Source: Gemmatimonadaceae bacterium
Lineage (GTDB): Bacteria; Gemmatimonadota; Gemmatimonadetes; Gemmatimonadales; Gemmatimonadaceae
Assembly (NCBI GenBank): GCA_051859245.1
Contig: JBHYGA010000001.1
Coordinates: 1,765,506-1,829,505, forward strand
Length of the DNA stretch: 64,000 nt
Direction: 5' to 3'
Each line of letters opens with the position of its first letter. Within the stretch, counting starts at the first letter, position 1. The notes under the pieces were generated by a model that did no database searches, was not told the DNA's origin, and worked only from the letters and a program-made list of their open reading frames with translations. Shown one piece after another: positions 1 through 9,045 of the stretch. A program made the translations under genes and the position numbers.

Positions 1-648
1 CTGCTTGGCTTGATCGAAGCATTGGCCCGACTTGGCGTGCGCATGATTGCCATGACAGCCGACAAGCACTCGCGCCTTGCACGCCATGCCGATGTCGTGC
101 TGGATCTGGGCGTCAAAGAAGAAGCGTGTCCGCATGACCTTGCGCCAACAACCAGCACCACGGCAACACTCGCACTCGGCGATGCCCTCGCGGTGGCGTT
201 GCTGCAGGAACGCGGGTTCGGGTCCGAAGATTTTGCGCGCTTGCATCCGGGTGGCGCTCTGGGACGCAAACTGCTCACGCGCGTGCGTGATGTCATGGTC
301 ACATCGCCGCTGCCAACCGTTGGTGCGAATGCCACGATGCGTGAGGCCACGGTTTGCCTCGCTGGTCGACGCGGCATCGCGATTGTGGTTAACGAAGCAC
401 GCATGATTGGCGTGATCACGGCTGGCGATCTGGCTCGACTGCTGGAGCGAGAGCCTGACGCGCTGAGCGTGCCTGTCAGCCAGGTCATGACGCGCGAGCC
501 GCGCGCCGCGACAGAGGGAGAGCTCGGCAGTGCGGTCGTGCATCGCATGGAAACACACGGCATCATGGCGATGCCGGTACTAAACGACGAAGGGGTTCTT
601 GTGGGTGTAGTCCATTTGCACGATCTGATGCGCGCCGGAGCAGTGTGA
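1..648 (+). CDS. kdsD: KpsF/GutQ-family arabinose-5-phosphate isomerase, 5'-truncated by the window edge
   Basis: End of SIS domain (EEACPHDLAPTTSTT, LHPGGALG) followed by a CBS pair; sits directly upstream of lptC. Confidence 0.92.
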   Translation: MLGLIEALARLGVRMIAMTADKHSRLARHADVVLDLGVKEEACPHDLAPTTSTTATLALGDALAVALLQERGFGSEDFARLHPGGALGRKLLTRVRDVMVTSPLPTVGANATMREATVCLAGRRGIAIVVNEARMIGVITAGDLARLLEREPDALSVPVSQVMTREPRAATEGELGSAVVHRMETHGIMAMPVLNDEGVLVGVVHLHDLMRAGAV

Positions 649-1208
649 TGACGCGCATTGCACGACTTCTTGTTTTTGCAGGCGCGTTTGGCGTAACGCT
701 CGCCGCATGCGGTGATTCAACCGGGACCACGCCGCAGGCCGGTGATTCCGTGTTGCCCGACTCCGCCGAAGCGATGGGCTGGGGAATTACGGTCATGCTC
801 ACGAACAATGGTGTGGCCAAGGGCGAGTTGCTCGCGGATACGACGCTGTTTTACGACAGCAATAATCGCCTCGAACTGCTTAAGTTCAGCGTCACGTTCT
901 TCAACGCGCTCGGTGAAAAAGACGGGCTGCTTACCGCGAAAGAAGGCACCTACAACAAGCGACTCAACCGCCTCGAGGCGCGCGGCAACGTGGTGGTCGT
1001 GCGCGAAGACGGGAAGCGTCTCGAGACGCCACAGCTCGTGTACGATGAACTGCGGAATCAGATGTTCAGCGACAGCAGTTTCGTGCTCAACGAACCGCCC
1101 AAGCGACAGATCACTGGCATCGGCTTTGAGTCGGACCCGCAGCTCACGAAGTTTCGCGTGATGAAGAACTTCAAGGGTGTGGCGCCGGTCAAAGTGGAGA
1201 CGCCGTGA
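645..1208 (+). CDS. lptC: LPS export periplasmic protein LptC, probable lipoprotein
   Basis: LptC-like beta-jellyroll pattern (LTAKEGTY, ARGNVVV, LETPQLVYD, ITGIGFESD); LAAC lipobox; kdsD-lptC-lptA-lptB-rpoN synteny. Confidence 0.85.
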   Translation: MMTRIARLLVFAGAFGVTLAACGDSTGTTPQAGDSVLPDSAEAMGWGITVMLTNNGVAKGELLADTTLFYDSNNRLELLKFSVTFFNALGEKDGLLTAKEGTYNKRLNRLEARGNVVVVREDGKRLETPQLVYDELRNQMFSDSSFVLNEPPKRQITGIGFESDPQLTKFRVMKNFKGVAPVKVETP

Positions 1209-3037
1209 GCAGACGTGTGCTTTCCGCCCGAGGTGTACTACTCGGCGCGGTGATCACAAGTACCGTGCTGGCCGGCTGCTTTGGTGGTCGTCGTGGTCGT
1301 CCTGCAGAGACGCCCGCAGCAACTCCAGACTCAGCACCCGTCGTGGCCCCACCGGTCACGCGCGATGACTCCCTTCGCGCAGACTCACTGCGTGCGGATT
1401 CCGTGGCGCGTGCGCGTGTGGCCGACAGCATTGCGCGGGCTGACAGTGCACGCGTTGGTCAGCCGCTTCGTGACACGACCGTGGCCGCACAGGATAGTGC
1501 GAAAAAAGTCACGGTGCCTGCCAAGAAGAAGCCGGCTCGCGACTGCGTGCTCGATCTCAATGAGAACCCGCCCGACTCACGAGTGCTCAGCAACCTGCTC
1601 AACGACGGTTCGCGCACCACGTTTATCGGCGGCGGCTTTTTTGCGCGCTGCCAGGGTGAACCGCAAACGATTCGCGCGGACAGCGCCGAGCAATACGAAA
1701 ACGCCGGCGTGCTGATTCTCGTCGGCAACGTGATTTTCGAAGAGCCGGGCAAGATCCGCGTCACGGCGCCAAGCGCCACGTACTTTCAGCAGGAAGAAAA
1801 GATCGTGGGTTATGGCGGCGTGGTGGCCACTGATATTCCCACAGGCTCCACATTCACAGGCCCCACCATCGAGTACTTTCGCGCCGCCTCGTTTCGACCG
1901 GAAGCACGACTCTTCGCGCCGCAGCGGCCCACCATGCGGCTGATCGAAAAAGACTCTACGGGCGCTGAACGTCCGCCCGTAAGCATTACGGCCAATCAGC
2001 TGGAGCAGCGCGGCGATACCACGCTCGCGGGATGGGGCGACGTGGTCATTACGCGACAGGACATTGAAGGCCGCAGCGATAGCGCGTCGTTCAACAAGTT
2101 CACGGAGAACGCTCGCCTGATTCGGAACGCCTCGATCGTATCCTCGGACACCACGCGATCGTTCCGATTGGTCGGCGACTCCATCGACATGTTCAGCAAG
2201 GACCGCGTGCTCGAGCGCGTGATCGCCATGCATCGCGCGCAGGCAACAAGCAATGATGTGTCCATGCGCGCGGAACGCGTCGAAATGCATCTCGATTCGG
2301 CGCGAGTTGATCGAGCGTGGGCGTACGGCACTGGTCGCTCGTACGCGGAAACGTCATCGCAGCAGCTCGAAGCCGACTCAATTGAAATTCTGATGCCGGG
2401 CCAGTTGGTTCGTACGCTGAATGCCACCGGCAAGGCGCTCGCATTCGGCACACCGGACAGCACGCGCATTCGAAACGCCGAGCGTGATGTGCTGTCGGGC
2501 GACACGATCATCGCGTCGTTTGATACCATCACCACACCGCCTGACACGTCGCCCAAGAGCGAAATCAGGGAGGTGATCGCGATCGCCAGTGCAAGTGCAC
2601 GGTACCAGATTCCATCAGGTCGCGGCGCGAGTTGTCCGCCCGGCATCAACTACGTGCGAGGGAAACGCATCGTCGTGGCCTTTGACTCCAGTAGTGTTCG
2701 CACAGTGACCGTGGACTCCGCCGCCTCGGGCGTGTACCTCGAACCCGCGCCGGACTCGCTGGGCGACAGCACGCGCGTCCTCTGCACACCGCCCCCTGAC
2801 AGCGCCGGCGATTCACTCCGCGTGCTGCCCCCCGACTCGACGCGCCCGCCCGTTACGGTGCCCCCTGATTCCGTACGCCCACCCGCGACCGTACCGCCCG
2901 CACGGCCGCGAACGTTCGGCGCACATTTGGTCGCGCCCCCGCTAAATTCCGAATTGATTCATGAACCGCGCAGACTCTACGCGGTCCTTCCTTTGACTCG
3001 CCCACATGACAGAACACACGCCCGCCGAGCACGATGA
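1205..3037 (+). CDS. Long OstA/LptA-like lipoprotein with repeated beta-jellyroll segments
   Basis: LAGC lipobox; OstA-like segments (IRADSAEQY..LVGNV, ITANQL..GDVVI, LEADSIEI, LSGDTI); occupies the lptA position. Confidence 0.72.
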   Translation: MSRRVLSARGVLLGAVITSTVLAGCFGGRRGRPAETPAATPDSAPVVAPPVTRDDSLRADSLRADSVARARVADSIARADSARVGQPLRDTTVAAQDSAKKVTVPAKKKPARDCVLDLNENPPDSRVLSNLLNDGSRTTFIGGGFFARCQGEPQTIRADSAEQYENAGVLILVGNVIFEEPGKIRVTAPSATYFQQEEKIVGYGGVVATDIPTGSTFTGPTIEYFRAASFRPEARLFAPQRPTMRLIEKDSTGAERPPVSITANQLEQRGDTTLAGWGDVVITRQDIEGRSDSASFNKFTENARLIRNASIVSSDTTRSFRLVGDSIDMFSKDRVLERVIAMHRAQATSNDVSMRAERVEMHLDSARVDRAWAYGTGRSYAETSSQQLEADSIEILMPGQLVRTLNATGKALAFGTPDSTRIRNAERDVLSGDTIIASFDTITTPPDTSPKSEIREVIAIASASARYQIPSGRGASCPPGINYVRGKRIVVAFDSSSVRTVTVDSAASGVYLEPAPDSLGDSTRVLCTPPPDSAGDSLRVLPPDSTRPPVTVPPDSVRPPATVPPARPRTFGAHLVAPPLNSELIHEPRRLYAVLPLTRPHDRTHARRAR

Positions 3038-4286
3038 TCAGCTGAGCGCGCCCATGCGCGCCATGCTCGACCAGCTCGCCGCGGGCGACCTGTCGCAGGC
3101 GCTCACTGTTCGCGCCCTGATTATCGCGGCGCTGAAGAACGCGTCCTTCGGTGAGCCATCTGCCCAGATGGAGCACGGCAGTGCGCCGCTGTACGCGGTG
3201 GCCAATGAGTATCGCACGCTCAAACTCAGCGCGCTGGCGGCAGAGGGACGAAATCTTGCCTCAGCCGCTGATCGGTTGAGTGAAGACGAAGTCCGGCATT
3301 CGCTCTCAACGGTTGTTCTTCCGGCGTTGGCGGCTGACGGCATCGTGGTGCTTCCGCTCGACGGAATGACTGCGCCCGACGCCCATGTGCAGCTGGCCCC
3401 GGCGCTCTGGAGCGCAGCTCTGGCATCGCCCGACGCTGTGTTGGCGGCGCTTCCCGATGCCGCTACGCCCGCCGCGCGCGCGCTCGCGACTCCGCATGAC
3501 GCGCCGGTCGTGGGTGGCAGCGAGCTCGCCGCACGTGGTCTTGTGAAGGTGTACCGCGGTCGCACCGTCGTGAACGACGTGGCGCTGCAGCTTCGGCAGG
3601 GCGAGATCGTGGGCTTGCTCGGCCCGAACGGCGCCGGCAAGACCACCACGTTCTACATGATCGTTGGGCTGATCGCGCCGCTGATGGGCCAGATCACCTT
3701 CGACGGGGAAGACATCACGCGCACGCCAATGTACAAGCGGGCGCAGCGAGGCATCGGCTATCTGGCGCAAGAGCCGTCCATCTTTCGCAAACTCACCGTA
3801 GAAGACAACATTCTGGCAATCCTTGAAACGCTCGACCTGTCGAAGAGCGAGCGTCTCGCGCGGCTCGAGACGTTGCTCGATGAGCTCAAGATCAAGCACC
3901 TTCGGCGAAGCAAGGCGTTTCAGTTGTCTGGTGGTGAACGACGTCGCCTCGAGATCACGCGCGCGTTGGTCACCGAGCCGAAGTTCATGATGCTCGACGA
4001 ACCGTTTGCGGGCGTTGATCCGATTGCCGTAGATGACATCCAGAAGATCGTAGCGCAGTTGCGGTACCGGGGGATCGGCGTCCTCATTTCAGATCACAAC
4101 GTCGAGCAGACGCTGGACATCGTGGATCGGGCCTACATCATGTATGATGGTCAGGTGAAAGCCGCGGGTACGGTGCGCGAGCTGGTGTTTGACGACGAAG
4201 TGTCCCGGATGTACCTGGGTCCCACCTTGACCGCGCGCCTTCGCTCGCGGTTTGCCGAGTCGACTGTGGAGGCAACAGCGACATGA
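3006..4286 (+). CDS. lptB: LPS export ABC ATPase LptB with ~170-aa N-terminal extension
   Basis: GPNGAGKTTTFYM Walker A, GIGYLAQEPSIFRKL, LSGGERRRLEI, LDEPFAGVDPIAV; directly upstream of rpoN. Confidence 0.95.
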   Translation: MTEHTPAEHDDQLSAPMRAMLDQLAAGDLSQALTVRALIIAALKNASFGEPSAQMEHGSAPLYAVANEYRTLKLSALAAEGRNLASAADRLSEDEVRHSLSTVVLPALAADGIVVLPLDGMTAPDAHVQLAPALWSAALASPDAVLAALPDAATPAARALATPHDAPVVGGSELAARGLVKVYRGRTVVNDVALQLRQGEIVGLLGPNGAGKTTTFYMIVGLIAPLMGQITFDGEDITRTPMYKRAQRGIGYLAQEPSIFRKLTVEDNILAILETLDLSKSERLARLETLLDELKIKHLRRSKAFQLSGGERRRLEITRALVTEPKFMMLDEPFAGVDPIAVDDIQKIVAQLRYRGIGVLISDHNVEQTLDIVDRAYIMYDGQVKAAGTVRELVFDDEVSRMYLGPTLTARLRSRFAESTVEATAT

Positions 4287-5779
4287 AGACGGGTTTGCAG
4301 CAGAGCACTTCGCTCCGTCAAGAGCTGAAGATCAATCCACGCCTGTATCAGGCGATGGATCTGCTGTACATGCCCCTGCTCGACCTGCAGCAGCACCTCA
4401 AGCAGGAGTTGCTCACCAATCCGTTTCTCGAACTCGTTGAGCCGGACGACGAAGAAGCCGAAGCGGAAGACGACAACGATAGCGAGCAGTCGGAGCCGGA
4501 AAATCTCGTCGAGGCCGAAACCACGGCCGAAGCGGAACCCGAGAAATCGGGCGACGATGATATCGACTGGGAAGGCGTGCTGCTCGACGGGTTCGAAACG
4601 GGTGGACAGCGCGAAGAAGCCGATACCCGTGAGTATTACGAACCGGTCACGGTGGCGGTGCATGATCTCTCCGATCATCTCAAGGAACAGATTGCGCTGC
4701 TTGATCTCACGCCGCGCCAGGAACTGTTGGCAGAAGAGTTTGTCGGCAACATTGACGAATCGGGACATCTGGCGGCTACGCTCGATGAGATTCGTGATGG
4801 CGTGAACGATGTGCTCATTCGCGCGGCCGAGGAGCTGGATGTGCCGCCTGCCACACCGTTCACCGATGAAGAAGTGCTCGCCATGCTGCGCGTGATTCAG
4901 GAACTGGATCCGCCGGGCGTTGGCGCGCGCGATCTGCGCGAATGCCTGCTGTTGCAGCTTGAAGCCGCGGGCGCCAAGGGCTCGCTCGCGTGGCGACTGG
5001 TCGATGAAGCGTTTGAAGAGCTGATTGCGCATCGCTGGAGTGAAGTGTCCAAGCGCTTTGGCATCAACGCGCAGGATGTGCAGAACACTGCGGACGAAGT
5101 GGCGCGCCTCGATCCCAAACCCGGCCTGCGTTTTTCATCGAGCAGCGAAGATTACATTGTGCCCGATCTCGTCATCGACAAGATCGACGGGCAGTACCAC
5201 GTGTTTCTCAACGATGGCAATCTGCCGCGCCTCAAGCTGAGCCGTTCGTATCAGGAGCTCGCGCGCGATCGCAAGCGCTTTGATACCGAGAGCAAGGATT
5301 TCATCGCGTCCAAGCTGAACTCCGCGAACTGGATGATTCAGGCCATTGAACAGCGTCGACAGACGATGCTCAAGGTGATGCACTTTATCGTTGACCGTCA
5401 GCGTGACTTTTTTGAGCGCGGTGTACAGTATCTGCGTCCGCTCACACTGCGCGAAGTCGCCGAAGCCGTTGGCATGCACGAGAGCACGGTCAGTCGCGTG
5501 ACCAACGAAAAGTTTGTGCAGACGCCGCGCGGTGTGCTTCCGCTCAAGTTTTTCTTTTCGTCGGGCCTTTCCACGTCAGACGGTGACGACGTGTCGGCGC
5601 GCGGTATTCGCGATCAGATCGAAAAACTGGTGAGCGGCGAAGATGTGCTGAACCCGCTCACTGACCAGGCCATCGTCGAGATCCTGCTCAAAACGGGCGT
5701 GCAGATCGCACGACGTACCGTGGCAAAGTATCGCGACCAGCTTGGCATTCTACCCGCGCGCATGCGCAAGCGAGTTTGA
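4283..5779 (+). CDS. rpoN: RNA polymerase sigma-54 factor
   Basis: Q/L-rich region I, HTH (MHESTVSRVT), RpoN box ARRTVAKYR. Confidence 0.98.
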   Translation: MKTGLQQSTSLRQELKINPRLYQAMDLLYMPLLDLQQHLKQELLTNPFLELVEPDDEEAEAEDDNDSEQSEPENLVEAETTAEAEPEKSGDDDIDWEGVLLDGFETGGQREEADTREYYEPVTVAVHDLSDHLKEQIALLDLTPRQELLAEEFVGNIDESGHLAATLDEIRDGVNDVLIRAAEELDVPPATPFTDEEVLAMLRVIQELDPPGVGARDLRECLLLQLEAAGAKGSLAWRLVDEAFEELIAHRWSEVSKRFGINAQDVQNTADEVARLDPKPGLRFSSSSEDYIVPDLVIDKIDGQYHVFLNDGNLPRLKLSRSYQELARDRKRFDTESKDFIASKLNSANWMIQAIEQRRQTMLKVMHFIVDRQRDFFERGVQYLRPLTLREVAEAVGMHESTVSRVTNEKFVQTPRGVLPLKFFFSSGLSTSDGDDVSARGIRDQIEKLVSGEDVLNPLTDQAIVEILLKTGVQIARRTVAKYRDQLGILPARMRKRV

Positions 5780-5783
5780 TCGC

Positions 5784-6800
5784 GTGAAGGTTGCCACGCC
5801 AACGTCTGCATTCGCCGACACACGCCCGCGCGTTGCCGCACCGGCAACGCTTGATGTCAGCGTGTTGGTACCCGCGAAAGACGAAGCGCAGAATCTGCCG
5901 TTGTTCATGCAGCAAGCGGCGGAGGTCTTTGCACCGCTCAACACGCGCTTTGAAGTGCTGGTGATCGACGACGGATCAACAGACGGTACGTGGGACGTAT
6001 TGCAAGCGCTGCAGCAGCAGTACTCGTTTCTGCGCGCGGTACGTCATCGTACGCAGCGCGGTATCGCCGAGGCGCTGCGCACCGGCTGGCTGCACGCGCG
6101 TGCCGACGTGCTCGTGTTTTATCCTGCCGATCTCCAGTTCAAGCCAGAGGACATTCCGCGCCTTGTCGCGCCGATTCTTGCCGGTGAGTCGGATATGGTC
6201 ACTGGGTTCAAGCAGGGCGTCTACGAAAAGGCGTTTGTCTCACGCATTTACAACGGCTTGAGCCGACGGCTCTTTCGTGTGTCGGTGCGTGACCTGAACA
6301 ACGTGAAAGCGTATCGGCGCGAGATCATGCAAGCGCTGCCGATGCGCCCGGACTGGCACCGGTACATGATTGTGCTCGCGGCCAATCAGGGCTACACGGT
6401 CAGCGAGATTCCGATTCCGTTGTATCCGCGTCACGCCGGTCGCTCCAAGTTCGGCATCAGTCGCATTCCAATCGGCGTGCTCGACATGCTGGCCGTGTGG
6501 TTCGAGTTGCGCTTTGGACAAAAGCCGTTGCTTGCGTTCGGCATGATGGGCGCCGCACTGTTTGCGCTCGGTGTGCTCACCGGCCTTGTCGCAGTGGGTG
6601 TGCGCGTGTTTTCCGGTGTTGGCTTTCGCCCGCTGCTCACGCTCGTTGATACATGCCTGACTCTCGGCAGCGTGTTCTTCGCCACTGGCTTGCTCGGCGA
6701 ACAGATCGCGCAACAGCGCGCAGAACTGCGTGACATTCGCCGTGCGCTCGATGAAGTGCTGGCCGATCGCGAGGCGTCCCGCGCGCGCGGCGACGTCTGA
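5784..6800 (+). CDS. GT2 polyprenol-phosphate glycosyltransferase (ArnC/GtrB-like) with C-terminal TM helices
   Basis: VSVLVPAKDE, IDDGSTDGT, ADLQ at the DxD position, PRHAGRSKF, two C-terminal hydrophobic helices; GTG start chosen just after the rpoN stop. Confidence 0.85.
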   Translation: MKVATPTSAFADTRPRVAAPATLDVSVLVPAKDEAQNLPLFMQQAAEVFAPLNTRFEVLVIDDGSTDGTWDVLQALQQQYSFLRAVRHRTQRGIAEALRTGWLHARADVLVFYPADLQFKPEDIPRLVAPILAGESDMVTGFKQGVYEKAFVSRIYNGLSRRLFRVSVRDLNNVKAYRREIMQALPMRPDWHRYMIVLAANQGYTVSEIPIPLYPRHAGRSKFGISRIPIGVLDMLAVWFELRFGQKPLLAFGMMGAALFALGVLTGLVAVGVRVFSGVGFRPLLTLVDTCLTLGSVFFATGLLGEQIAQQRAELRDIRRALDEVLADREASRARGDV

Positions 6801-6814
6801 GCAACACACGCGAC

Positions 6815-8008
6815 GTGTCCGCGTCTCCGCGCGTGTTGTTTGTGACGCACAATTTTCCTCGCCACGAAGGCGATGCGGCAGGCTCGTTTGTCTTGCGACT
6901 GGCCCGGGCCTTAACTGATGCGGGCGCGTCGGTGCACGTCCTCGCGCCGGCCGCACCGAAGCTCGCTGCGCGCGACGTCATCGAAGGCATCCCGGTGGAA
7001 CGCGTACGCTACGCCTCCGATGATAAACAAACGCTGGCCTACGAAGGCACGATGGCCGAGTCGGTTCGTGCATCGTGGTCAGGCCGGTTCGCGTTATTGG
7101 GATTGTTGTGGCACGTTCGTCGCGCCGTCACGCGCGCGCTTGCAGAGGCGCGACGACGCGGCGAGCCGTTTGACATTGTGCACGCACACTGGTGGTTTCC
7201 CTCCGCGCTCGCCGTTTGGCAGAGTGGGCTCGGACGAGCAGGTGCACCGCCGCTCGTGATCACGATGCACGGCAGTGACGTTCGGCTTGCGCGATCGGTA
7301 AAACCGTCGCACGCTATCATGCGCGCGGTCCTTGGTAGCGCACGCGCCGTCACGGCCGTTTCATCGTGGCTGGCTCGCGAAGCCATGCACATCGCACCAG
7401 CGGTGAAGGTGGACGTTGCCCCGATGCCGGTCGACATCGCACACTTTACGCCCGGAGTCGTACCGCGCAGCGGCAGGCTCCTGTTTGTGGGCCGTCTCAA
7501 CGCGCAAAAGGGCGCGGCCGATCTGCTGGATGCCCTCGCCCGCACTACACACGACGTACACTGCGACATCGTTGGCGACGGATCGGATCGTGAGGCGCTG
7601 CAACAGCGCGCACGCACACTTGGTGTGGAGGCACGCGTGCATTGGCACGGTGCACTGATGTCGCACGCGCTGCCGGCGTTGTACGCGCGTGCGCTCGCAA
7701 CGATCATGCCCTCGAGAGAGGAAGGCCTTGGCCTTGTGGCCGTGGAGTCACAGCTGTGTGAAACACCAGTGATCGCCTACGACTCGGGCGGGCTGTCTGA
7801 TGTGGTGCAGAGCGAACACGGCGGAACGTTGGTGACGGTTGGTGATACCGCAGCACTCGCACGCGCGATCGATGCACTCGCAGATGATCCGGAGCGCGCG
7901 GCCATAATGGGCCGGGCAGCGCGCGCTCGCGTGCTCGATGTATTCAGCCCATCGCAGGTCGCCGCGCGATATCTCGCGGTGTACGGAACCGCGATCCGAA
8001 CGTCGTGA
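6815..8008 (+). CDS. GT4 (GT-B fold) glycosyltransferase
   Basis: HAHWWFP, TMHGSD, LFVGRLNAQKG, EGLGLVAVE (EX7E) motifs. Confidence 0.9.
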   Translation: MSASPRVLFVTHNFPRHEGDAAGSFVLRLARALTDAGASVHVLAPAAPKLAARDVIEGIPVERVRYASDDKQTLAYEGTMAESVRASWSGRFALLGLLWHVRRAVTRALAEARRRGEPFDIVHAHWWFPSALAVWQSGLGRAGAPPLVITMHGSDVRLARSVKPSHAIMRAVLGSARAVTAVSSWLAREAMHIAPAVKVDVAPMPVDIAHFTPGVVPRSGRLLFVGRLNAQKGAADLLDALARTTHDVHCDIVGDGSDREALQQRARTLGVEARVHWHGALMSHALPALYARALATIMPSREEGLGLVAVESQLCETPVIAYDSGGLSDVVQSEHGGTLVTVGDTAALARAIDALADDPERAAIMGRAARARVLDVFSPSQVAARYLAVYGTAIRTS

Positions 8009-8979
8009 GTGCGCAACAGGTGACGTCGCCACCGGCGAGCGGAAAGCAATGGTGGTGGCGTGCGCTCCAGGTGCTACTGCTCGTCGCACTGTTCGTTTTG
8101 ATTGCGCGCGAACTCTCGGAGCAGCGCGACGCGCTAAGAGCGGCTGCGGCGTCGGTGCAGCTCCAATGGCATCTGATCGCAATTGCGAGTGCGATCGTAC
8201 TCGCCACCTACGCGGCGCTTATTCAGAGTTGGCGCATGCTCATGGCCGGGTGGGGCAGTCACATCGGCTTCCTGAATGCGACACGCATCTGGACTATTGC
8301 CAATCTTGGCAGATACATCCCGGGAAAGATCTGGTCCGTTGGCGCGCTCGTTGTCCTGGCGCAGCGTGAAGGGGTGAACGGCGTGGCCTCGGCCGGCGCC
8401 GCGCTCCTGGGTACGGCCATCAATATTGGTGCGGGTATGGGCGTCGTGTCCCTCGCGGGCGCGGCGGTGCTCAACGTGTTGGGCCCGGGTTATCGCCTGA
8501 CCGCGTGGATTGGCAGCGCACTCTTTGTTGTGGGCGTACTGGCATTGCCATGGATCCTACCGGCGCTCTTGCGATTTCTGGCGGCGCGGCGTGCAGGGCT
8601 GGAGCCACCGGCGCGCGCACTCCCCAACAGCGCCGTGTGGGCCGCCGTATCAATCAACATTGCCTCCTGGCTTGGCTACGGCGCGGCGTTCGCGATTTTC
8701 TGCCACGCTTTGTTGCCCGACATCAGTGGCGCCTTACCGGCTTTTGTCGCAATTTGGACTGCTTCATACCTGGTGGGGTACCTGTTTCTCGTTGCGCCCG
8801 GTGGCATCGGTGCGCGAGAGACGGCGCTTGTTGCTGCCATGGTCGCGCTCGGCGTTGCCACATCAGCGGAGGCCGCGGTACTCGCGGCGGCGTCTCGCAT
8901 TTGGCTGATCGTTCTGGAAGTACTGCCGGGCCTCATAAGTCTTGCTCTCGCTCCTGCATCGCGATCGCGCGCACCGTGA
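8005..8979 (+). CDS. Lysylphosphatidylglycerol-synthase TM-domain / flippase-like membrane protein
   Basis: Multi-TM; NLGRYIPGKIW and APGGIGARE motifs typical of the family. Confidence 0.8.
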   Translation: MSAQQVTSPPASGKQWWWRALQVLLLVALFVLIARELSEQRDALRAAAASVQLQWHLIAIASAIVLATYAALIQSWRMLMAGWGSHIGFLNATRIWTIANLGRYIPGKIWSVGALVVLAQREGVNGVASAGAALLGTAINIGAGMGVVSLAGAAVLNVLGPGYRLTAWIGSALFVVGVLALPWILPALLRFLAARRAGLEPPARALPNSAVWAAVSINIASWLGYGAAFAIFCHALLPDISGALPAFVAIWTASYLVGYLFLVAPGGIGARETALVAAMVALGVATSAEAAVLAAASRIWLIVLEVLPGLISLALAPASRSRAP

Positions 8980-9045
8980 CGGGCTCTTGCCCAACGGGGT
9001 TCGCTCGTGTGTGGACGCGTTCCTCGTTATCCCCTGATTGCTCGC

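Noticed and set aside
6815..8008. GT4 as BshA, the partner of bshC
   Set aside because: It shares only the generic HGxD motif, lacks the BshA-type GGSG and HYAIPH signatures, and sits in an envelope glycosylation context.
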